This document shows positions 18,718 through 24,708 of a DNA stretch of 33,464 nt, in pieces. The translations under genes were made by a program, and so were the position numbers. Source of the DNA: a virus (taxonomy: Duplodnaviria; Caudoviricetes); the IMG/VR virus record IMGVR_UViG_3300040985_001008, positions 1 through 33,464 of that record; one strand, given 5' to 3'. Every line of letters begins with the position of its first letter. The stretch's first letter is position 1. Under the pieces are notes generated by a model, which was given only the letters and a program-made list of their open reading frames with translations, had not been told where the DNA came from and did no database searches.

Positions 18718-19182
18718 ATGCGAACGATAAAGAACATTTCAGTCGGGCTAACCAACGCACTCGGTGAGCCGTATCGGTTCGCCTCAAAGGACGATGCTGG
18801 TAACAGACTGCTTGACGACGCCGGGCAGATGATCCCGGTCGACGGAGACACCTGCGACCTCTTGCAATCCATGCTCGTCGCCTACGTCGACATCAAGTGG
18901 GCATTCTGGAACGGCGACAGTAAGGCATTCGCCCGTGTGATGAAAGCCGTCAACGCTTGCAGGGCGACCGAGGACGACTTTATCATCCTCGACGAGGGCG
19001 ACTACGAATGGATGGTTGGAGACGGTCAAGGCAAGGTCGGGATCCTCGATCGCAAAATGCCACCGGCGAGCCGGGCAGCGATCGGCATTGACGAGGATAA
19101 TCCACTGTCGCACCCGACTGTCGGGATGCTTATCTGGAACGCCAACGAATCTCACCTACGAGACTATCTGAAAGCGGAATAA
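18718..19182 (+). CDS. hypothetical protein
   Basis: ATG 18718 preceded by GGGGG; TAATG-coupled to the next gene. Confidence 0.6.
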   Translation: MRTIKNISVGLTNALGEPYRFASKDDAGNRLLDDAGQMIPVDGDTCDLLQSMLVAYVDIKWAFWNGDSKAFARVMKAVNACRATEDDFIILDEGDYEWMVGDGQGKVGILDRKMPPASRAAIGIDEDNPLSHPTVGMLIWNANESHLRDYLKAE

Positions 19183-19478
19183 TGACAACCGACGAAACTC
19201 CAAAAAAAGACGGACTCGACGAAGGAATGCCTGACAGCATTATCCAGCCTGAGGGCAGCACTCCGCCCGAGGATCCCGGGCAGGTCGACCCGCCCAAAGA
19301 CCCGGTCACGCTCGACGACGTCAAAGAGGCAATGTCGGAGACGGGCGAGCGGCTACGCTCCGCAGGGCTAGCGGCGTTTGTTGACCCGATCGTCGAGGGT
19401 CTCGGCGACATCACACGCAAGGCGTTCAGCGGTCTCGGGAAGCTGCTCGACGAAATCGACGACCGGAAACGAAAGTGA
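19182..19478 (+). CDS. hypothetical protein (acidic/Pro-rich N-terminus, amphipathic helix C-terminus)
   Basis: 98 aa; GLAAFVDPIVEGLGDITRKAFSGLGKLLDEI amphipathic pattern; coupled on both sides. Confidence 0.6.
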   Translation: MTTDETPKKDGLDEGMPDSIIQPEGSTPPEDPGQVDPPKDPVTLDDVKEAMSETGERLRSAGLAAFVDPIVEGLGDITRKAFSGLGKLLDEIDDRKRK

Positions 19479-19747
19479 TTAGCTTCCTCGTTGGTCCTGC
19501 ACTCGTCGCCCTTGCAGGGTCGTTCGTGGTGACACGGGTTTTCGAGTTCTTTGCTGACGCTATGATCCACGACGCACCCGAGGCGGCGAAGGGCGTAGTA
19601 TTTACTGGCACGTTTGGGGCTTTGACCGCCAAGCTAGGTATGACGAAAGCGGGCAAGACTGCCCGGAATATGAAGGCGAAAGCCGATGGGATCTCAGACA
19701 ACAAAATCGTGAAAGCGATTATCAAAAAGGGAACGGAAATCGAATGA
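19475..19747 (+). CDS. small membrane protein (holin-like topology)
   Basis: N-terminal hydrophobic segment, second weakly hydrophobic segment, Lys-rich tail; GTGA/ATGA overlaps. Confidence 0.55.
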   Translation: MISFLVGPALVALAGSFVVTRVFEFFADAMIHDAPEAAKGVVFTGTFGALTAKLGMTKAGKTARNMKAKADGISDNKIVKAIIKKGTEIE

Positions 19748-19866
19748 TAAACGAATACACAATCGGCGCAGGAATCGTGATAATCACTTTCGCCTCCCTG
19801 TGGGGATGGAAAAAGATCGGCACGGTTATGCAGGGTCGCAAAGATCGCCCGTCGACTGCTGAATAG
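19744..19866 (+). CDS. TatA-like 40-aa single-TM protein (not in ORF track)
   Basis: MINEYTIGAGIVIITFASLWGWKKIGTVMQGRKDRPSTAE; W20-G21-x-K23-K24-I25-G26 matches the TatA hinge FGTKKLG; its TAG overlaps the GTG of tatC. Confidence 0.55.
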   Translation: MINEYTIGAGIVIITFASLWGWKKIGTVMQGRKDRPSTAE

Positions 19867-20738
19867 TGATCGGGTTTCACAACCCGACGTACTATGTACG
19901 AAAATTCAAAGAACCTGAGACGCTCGGCGGAAAACTAAAACGCCGGGCGAAACTCACCTTATTTGCTTACGGGATCGGGGCGGGAGCGAGTTGGTTCTAT
20001 CGGTCGGCGGTGTTCCTGTGGTTGCTCGCCCCGGCGGGCGATATGCTGTCACCCTTCGACGGTCGCCCGGTGTTCTCCTCCCCGATCGGGATGATGGGCG
20101 CCACAATCGCTATCTCTCTCAAAGTCGGAATCGTTACGGCGTTTCCGGTGTTTTGGTATTCGGTACTGAGCCTCATAAAACCGTGGCTCCCGATACGCTG
20201 GTGGCGGTTCTTCACAATTTTTATCCTCGTCACATCCGCATCGTTTGCCGTCGGTGTGGCGTTCGTTTATTACGTCATGCTCCCGGCAGGATTGCGGTTC
20301 CTGCTGAACTTTGGCGAGGGCGTCGCCGTCCCCCTGATCGAGGTCTCCGAATACCTTGATTTATTTACGTCCCTCATGCTTTGGGTCGGGGCAATTTTCG
20401 AACTTCCCACATTCATGTTCCTGCTCGCCCGGGGCAGGCTTATTTCGTACCAGCAATTCAAGTCGGTTCGGAAGTTCGTGCCAGCCGCCGCCTACATTCT
20501 TTCGATCGTTCTAACGCCGAGCGTCGACTGGGTCAACACCACTATGATCGCCGTGCCGATCGTCCTCTTGTACGAGGTCGGGCTGATGGTCGCTTGGATC
20601 GCCCACCCCGAGCTAGGAAACTATATGTTTGTGAAGTCGCTTTGGCGGCTGATAAGGTGGCTCATAACCCGACCGTGGGCAGGCGTGAAACGTATCGAGC
20701 GATGCGGGGTCTCGATCGGTCTCCCTTGGTGGTATTGA
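19866..20738 (+). CDS. tatC: TatC-family membrane protein (divergent)
   Basis: Six hydrophobic segments; F.SP, G..F.YYV.LP...FL..FG, I....Y....L....G..FELP, LTP..D...A.P...LYE.G are TatC signatures. Confidence 0.9.
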   Translation: MIGFHNPTYYVRKFKEPETLGGKLKRRAKLTLFAYGIGAGASWFYRSAVFLWLLAPAGDMLSPFDGRPVFSSPIGMMGATIAISLKVGIVTAFPVFWYSVLSLIKPWLPIRWWRFFTIFILVTSASFAVGVAFVYYVMLPAGLRFLLNFGEGVAVPLIEVSEYLDLFTSLMLWVGAIFELPTFMFLLARGRLISYQQFKSVRKFVPAAAYILSIVLTPSVDWVNTTMIAVPIVLLYEVGLMVAWIAHPELGNYMFVKSLWRLIRWLITRPWAGVKRIERCGVSIGLPWWY

Positions 20739-20836
20739 TGAAGAAATTTTTAGCGATCCCGGTCGCCATTATTGCGGCGTATTACGCCGTCGATCGATGG
20801 ATCGAGCATGTGGCATACAGCGGCAAACGGCTGTGA
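20738..20836 (+). CDS. 32-aa single-TM peptide
   Basis: MKKFLAIPVAIIAAYYAVDRWIEHVAYSGKRL; TGATG-coupled to tatC. Confidence 0.5.
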   Translation: MKKFLAIPVAIIAAYYAVDRWIEHVAYSGKRL

Positions 20837-21063
20837 GAAATTTGGGCGTTTCGGTCTCGATGATTTACACCGAGTGGCAGCTATTCAAACGCACCGACGA
20901 AGCGCAGCGAGTATTGAGCGAGGTTCCTTTGATCGCATTCCTGTTCTACCGGCTTGCGTGGTGGGCGGAGAGCCTCCGCAGGGCTGTCGCTGTCCGCTTA
21001 TCCGTGATCGTCCCTGTGATCGCTCTGCTGACGATCGTCGGCGGATCCACATGCGCTTCCTAA
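20833..21063 (+). CDS. small membrane protein
   Basis: GTGA-coupled; hydrophobic VPLIAFLFYRLAWW and LSVIVPVIALLTIVGG segments. Confidence 0.5.
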   Translation: MRNLGVSVSMIYTEWQLFKRTDEAQRVLSEVPLIAFLFYRLAWWAESLRRAVAVRLSVIVPVIALLTIVGGSTCAS

Positions 21064-21158
21064 GAAGCCTGTGGAAATGGTGGGACATCGGACTCCTGCT
21101 TGCGGTGTATGGCTCAGTCCTGTTTGTGGCATTTGCCCTAGGTTGGGGTTATCCATAG
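21051..21158 (+). CDS. 35-aa single-TM peptide
   Basis: MRFLRSLWKWWDIGLLLAVYGSVLFVAFALGWGYP; ends at the first early promoter. Confidence 0.5.
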   Translation: MRFLRSLWKWWDIGLLLAVYGSVLFVAFALGWGYP

Positions 21159-21198
21159 TTGACAAAGAGTTGACAAAGCCTGATTCCTGTCATAGTCT
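21159..21198 (+). promoter_or_regulatory. sigma70-like promoter P1 with doubled -35
   Basis: TTGACA 21159-64 and TTGACA 21170-75, 17 nt, TAGTCT 21193-98. Confidence 0.8.
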
Positions 21199-21240
21199 TG
21201 TTTACGTCGCAGTTAGCGGCACAAGGTTACGAGGAAAAAA

Positions 21241-21447
21241 ATGCACACCATCGAGATCTACAGAGAAGGATCCTTCATCCTTCGGATACAGTCGCCGATC
21301 CAATACACGGCAACGTATCAGGCAGCGGAGTTCTTCTGCGCCAACAGGGTAATGATTGTCGACAGCCTCGGCGCAGGCGCAGTCACTATCATCGGCGACA
21401 CCGACGCCGACCCCAACTACACATTCACATACGAGGTAACAGAGTAA
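21241..21447 (+). CDS. hypothetical protein
   Basis: GAGG SD, first gene after P1, TAATG coupling. Confidence 0.65.
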   Translation: MHTIEIYREGSFILRIQSPIQYTATYQAAEFFCANRVMIVDSLGAGAVTIIGDTDADPNYTFTYEVTE

Positions 21448-21659
21448 TGCAGTACACCACATTCCGCCGGTCGCTACGAAACAAGCTCGGTCTTTGGAAA
21501 ACACCCAAGTACACACGGCTGACCCGGCACGATTACCCGAGCGACCACGAAGTCGACTCCCTCAACGTTCTCATCTACAAAAATTTCGACGAAAAAATGG
21601 CGATCAATATCACCGTCGAAGAACTCGCTGCCGCAGGGCTAGTCTGGAAGTCCAAGTAA
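21447..21659 (+). CDS. hypothetical protein
   Basis: MQYTTFRRSL...; GAGGT SD and TAATG coupling on both ends. Confidence 0.6.
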   Translation: MQYTTFRRSLRNKLGLWKTPKYTRLTRHDYPSDHEVDSLNVLIYKNFDEKMAINITVEELAAAGLVWKSK

Positions 21660-21889
21660 TGTACGAAATCAAATTTTTCGACGTAACGCCATTCGAGGCG
21701 ATCGTTTCAGAGAACGCCCGCATGACTCTCGTCGCCCGAGATATTGCCGAGGCTCACGACGCCGTCGTCGCTATCTGCGACAAGGTGTTCGGATTTACGA
21801 TTCACCCCCACCAAGTGCTCAACCTGATGGACGGCGAAGATCTCGACAACATGGCAGGAATTGCTATCACAATCCGGGAGACCAAGTAA
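21659..21889 (+). CDS. hypothetical protein
   Basis: MYEIKFFDV...TIRETK; TAATG coupling. Confidence 0.6.
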   Translation: MYEIKFFDVTPFEAIVSENARMTLVARDIAEAHDAVVAICDKVFGFTIHPHQVLNLMDGEDLDNMAGIAITIRETK

Positions 21890-22029
21890 TGAAAACGCAC
21901 CTAATCATCAACATCGTCCACCTCGCCTGCGGTGAAAAATTTTGGACAAAAAAGACGGTGTGGAAATCCCACAACCCGAAATTTGTCGACTGCTCAAAAT
22001 GCCTCGAAACAATCCGGGAGACTAAATAG
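21889..22029 (+). CDS. 46-aa putative Zn-binding protein (not in ORF track)
   Basis: MKTHLIINIVHLACGEKFWTKKTVWKSHNPKFVDCSKCLETIRETK; H...ACG...CxxC; GGGAG SD; fills the gap exactly. Confidence 0.65.
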   Translation: MKTHLIINIVHLACGEKFWTKKTVWKSHNPKFVDCSKCLETIRETK

Positions 22030-22389
22030 ATGGATCACACGCAACTCATACAGGCGATGCAGGATCCCGAGGTCGTCGCAGGGTGTCTCACTACGTTGTA
22101 CGCAGCGCAGGAACCCGGCGAGCGACTTGCCCGGGCAACCGTAGTCCAGAACGGCGCAGGCTTCAACGCTTTCGACGCCGGGTTCGGATCCTCACTCGCT
22201 GAACAGGCGATCGCCGGGCGACTGTCCGCCAAGCAGGTCGGAGCCGCCCGGAAGATGCTCAGGAAATACGCCCGGCAGATCGCCGGTGTGGTAGCAGAGC
22301 CGCCACGGCAGGCGTTGCAGGTATTCGCTCCCGGATCGCCAGCCGTCGCCCGCCCGGTCGACTCGGATCTTCAAGAGATTGCTTTATAA
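22030..22389 (+). CDS. conserved phage hypothetical protein
   Basis: NGAGFNAFDAGFGSSLA.Q....LS.KQ...ARKMLRKY.RQ motif, recalled as a domain often fused to phage SNF2-type helicases. Confidence 0.6.
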   Translation: MDHTQLIQAMQDPEVVAGCLTTLYAAQEPGERLARATVVQNGAGFNAFDAGFGSSLAEQAIAGRLSAKQVGAARKMLRKYARQIAGVVAEPPRQALQVFAPGSPAVARPVDSDLQEIAL

Positions 22390-22393
22390 ATAG

Positions 22394-22433
22394 TTGACAA
22401 ATAGTTGACAACGGCTGGAAAGTCCCATAGAGT
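22394..22433 (+). promoter_or_regulatory. sigma70-like promoter P2 with doubled -35
   Basis: TTGACA 22394-99 and TTGACA 22405-10, 17 nt, TAGAGT 22428-33. Confidence 0.8.
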
Positions 22434-22486
22434 AGATATATCAACGGCGAGGTAACGCCGGGGACGACACAAAAAAGGAACGCACA

Positions 22487-23314
22487 ATGCTCACCGAACG
22501 ACAGAACGAAGTACTCAACGCAAACGGAATTATCAAGCACGCAGGTCAGGACTTAGAGTTCTGGCTAGAGGCGGAACTTTTCGTCAAGCGAGAGTGCGCC
22601 AAGTTCGGTCAGCCTAACGTAGCGATCGAGACCTCAACGACAATGCCCCGGGGCAAATATGCCCACTACGAACCATGGGCAGCGAAGATGAAGATCTTTT
22701 ACATCAACGATCGTCCTGCCAAGCAGATTTTCGGCAGCGTTATGCACGAACTTGCACACCACATTCACCACGGACTCAGGAGGGCAGTACGCACCACAGG
22801 TAACTACGACGAACTAAAACGACTCGACCAAGGCGGACGGGTACACGGCAGGGGATTCAAGGAAATCCTCACAGCCTTAGAGCATGAAAATGCTCCACAA
22901 GTTCCGCATTCACCATGGGGAAATGCAGGTTGCAGAAACTCCTCACGATTGTCCAAAAAAGATTGGGCACAACGATACTCAGTAAAGGTTTGCGAAAAAA
23001 TGGCTAAAGCCACAACTAAAAAGAATACAGCTAAGACCGCCACCCCTAAGACCGTCAAGCCCGTAGCGAAAAAAGCTGCCCCGGTCGAGCAAGTTTTCAA
23101 GGTCACAATCAAGATCTCGAACGACTACGCATCACAGACTCCGGGCATCGTATACGCACCAGCCGTTATCGCTGCATACTGCACCGCCAAGGATGAAGCC
23201 CGAGCCGAAGCCAAGATCCTCAGGAACTACGGTCTCACCAAGCGCACCGATGTCGATTACATCGTCGACGTTATCCCGGCAACAATGCCCAAGGCTGCGC
23301 CAGTATCGAAGTAG
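22487..23314 (+). CDS. SprT-like zinc metalloprotease with Lys/Ala-rich C-terminal module
   Basis: HELAH and downstream HGRGF motifs; C-terminal MAKATTKKNTAKTATPKTVKPVAKKAAP. Confidence 0.7.
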   Translation: MLTERQNEVLNANGIIKHAGQDLEFWLEAELFVKRECAKFGQPNVAIETSTTMPRGKYAHYEPWAAKMKIFYINDRPAKQIFGSVMHELAHHIHHGLRRAVRTTGNYDELKRLDQGGRVHGRGFKEILTALEHENAPQVPHSPWGNAGCRNSSRLSKKDWAQRYSVKVCEKMAKATTKKNTAKTATPKTVKPVAKKAAPVEQVFKVTIKISNDYASQTPGIVYAPAVIAAYCTAKDEARAEAKILRNYGLTKRTDVDYIVDVIPATMPKAAPVSK

Positions 23315-23328
23315 GCGAGCCGCACAGT

Positions 23329-23423
23329 CCGAGCCGGGCATTCACCCGGTTCGGTCTCTGCGCAGGCTGTCCGACTGTCCCAAGCGTTTCGGGATTACCA
23401 CAGTCGGGCATCCTGCGCAGGGA
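23329..23423 (+). ncRNA. candidate structured intergenic RNA (two adjacent stem-loops)
   Basis: Hairpin 23329-38/23345-54; long stem 23355-66/23412-23 with inner stem 23368-78/23400-10; G-U pairs fit the + strand. Confidence 0.5.
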
Positions 23424-23456
23424 TCTCATTCTCTGCTAGCAATCGAGGTGTCAAAA

Positions 23457-23843
23457 ATGACAATGAAACGGCTCCCAAATCTCAGGCAGTTCGAACGTGG
23501 ATTCCACGTTACCGCTGCGACCGAGGAACACCCGCTAGGGCAGTTCATCGAGTTCACTGAGGAAGATGAAATCAAGCACCGACACCCGGGCACGTCACTC
23601 GGGTACAAGCAGGCACTTGTCGGCGGCTACATTGAAGTCCTGCACTTCATGCACTTCTACCGGGCGAGCGAGCCACTCGAAGCCGACGACGAGGAAAACT
23701 ACTGGGACGTTTACGGCGACGAGGAAGCCCGTATCAAGGGCGACCCGGTCGCCAATCTCCGAGCGTCGGCGATCCTAGGTCACGAAGTTATGGGCGACGT
23801 AATCTTTATCCCCCGGGCGTGGAGACTCCAAGATGAGGGATAG
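23457..23843 (+). CDS. DUF3846-like protein
   Basis: Q.LVGGYIE, DEE, N.RAS, GDV motifs; GAGGTG SD before ATG 23457. Confidence 0.65.
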   Translation: MTMKRLPNLRQFERGFHVTAATEEHPLGQFIEFTEEDEIKHRHPGTSLGYKQALVGGYIEVLHFMHFYRASEPLEADDEENYWDVYGDEEARIKGDPVANLRASAILGHEVMGDVIFIPRAWRLQDEG

Positions 23844-24111
23844 CATCGACGATCGGCAAGCGATGATTCGCCAAGAGTCGAAAGAACTCGCCGCCAAGCA
23901 AGAGGATGATTACATCGTTGAGCAAGCCCGGGCGAGGTCAACCGCCCGGCGCAGGATCCGCCGGTGGTTGTCCCTGTTGCCTCACAGCGAGCGTGTGGAG
24001 CACGACCTAGTGTTCCGCCTAGTGAATCACCTAATGGGCGCCCACAACGATTGCGCCGAATGTCTCATGCTTGGATCCGAGTCGGTCGACGGCATTGGAT
24101 TCAATAGTTGA
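23833..24111 (+). CDS. hypothetical protein
   Basis: GGAG SD; H..H..CxxC near C-terminus. Confidence 0.55.
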   Translation: MRDSIDDRQAMIRQESKELAAKQEDDYIVEQARARSTARRRIRRWLSLLPHSERVEHDLVFRLVNHLMGAHNDCAECLMLGSESVDGIGFNS

Positions 24112-24147
24112 CTAAAAGTTGACAAAGAGTGAAACGTCCCATATACT
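24108..24147 (+). promoter_or_regulatory. sigma70-like promoter P3 with doubled -35
   Basis: TTGACT 24108-13 and TTGACA 24119-24, 17 nt, TATACT 24142-47. Confidence 0.8.
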
Positions 24148-24191
24148 CAGGGAGTCGGGAATTTCCGGCACAAGTTTACGAGGTAAAAACA

Positions 24192-24488
24192 ATGTCAAAA
24201 TTCATCCCAACAACTGCAATCACTAACCCGGACGACCGAGAGGCAATTTTTACGAACAGCGTAAATGTTGCCAAGATCTCGGACTACTTCGGCGACGAAT
24301 TCCACGTCACCGTTGTAGGGCATGACTTCGAGGTTATCGTCCAGAAGCAAGACGCTCTGGACGGGGCTAAGGTCGTTATGCAGATCGTCAACCCCAACAC
24401 GGAGTCGACGCTTATCGCCATGCAGATGCTTGCGGATGCTATCAACCACGCCACACAGCTTGCCTTGCAGGCAGGGTGGGCAGTCTAG
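24192..24488 (+). CDS. hypothetical protein
   Basis: GAGGT SD before ATG 24192, downstream of P3. Confidence 0.65.
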   Translation: MSKFIPTTAITNPDDREAIFTNSVNVAKISDYFGDEFHVTVVGHDFEVIVQKQDALDGAKVVMQIVNPNTESTLIAMQMLADAINHATQLALQAGWAV

Positions 24489-24495
24489 GAGCACC

Positions 24496-24705
24496 ATGCC
24501 GATTATATGGACGGCGAAACGAATCAAGAACCTGCGAGCCATTACCCGCCACTCGCAGGCTACTTTTAGCGAGGCGGCGGGAGTCTCCCGGGTCACAATT
24601 TCTAATTGGGAATCGAAGTTCAAGGCTCCTAGTGCGAAACACCAAAGATCTCTCGACGAGATCGCAGAAAAAGCGGGCGTCACACAACGCCAGTTGGATA
24701 GGTAG
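24496..24705 (+). CDS. XRE/Cro-family HTH transcriptional regulator
   Basis: IKNLR....SQ..F....GVSRVTISNWE....P; AGGAG SD. Confidence 0.85.
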   Translation: MPIIWTAKRIKNLRAITRHSQATFSEAAGVSRVTISNWESKFKAPSAKHQRSLDEIAEKAGVTQRQLDR

Positions 24706-24708
24706 AAA

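Noticed and set aside
19475-19747. TatB orthologue
   Set aside because: Lacks the short TM + GP..LP hinge in the correct position; kept only as a generic membrane/holin-like protein
19866-20738. Host chromosomal tatC marking a prophage boundary
   Set aside because: Gene is coupled by overlaps to phage-like ORFs on both sides, is co-oriented, and phage genes continue for 12 kb downstream; no att site or integrase seen
23329-23423. tRNA or hammerhead ribozyme
   Set aside because: No cloverleaf or T-loop GTTCRA; no CTGATGA/GAAA core
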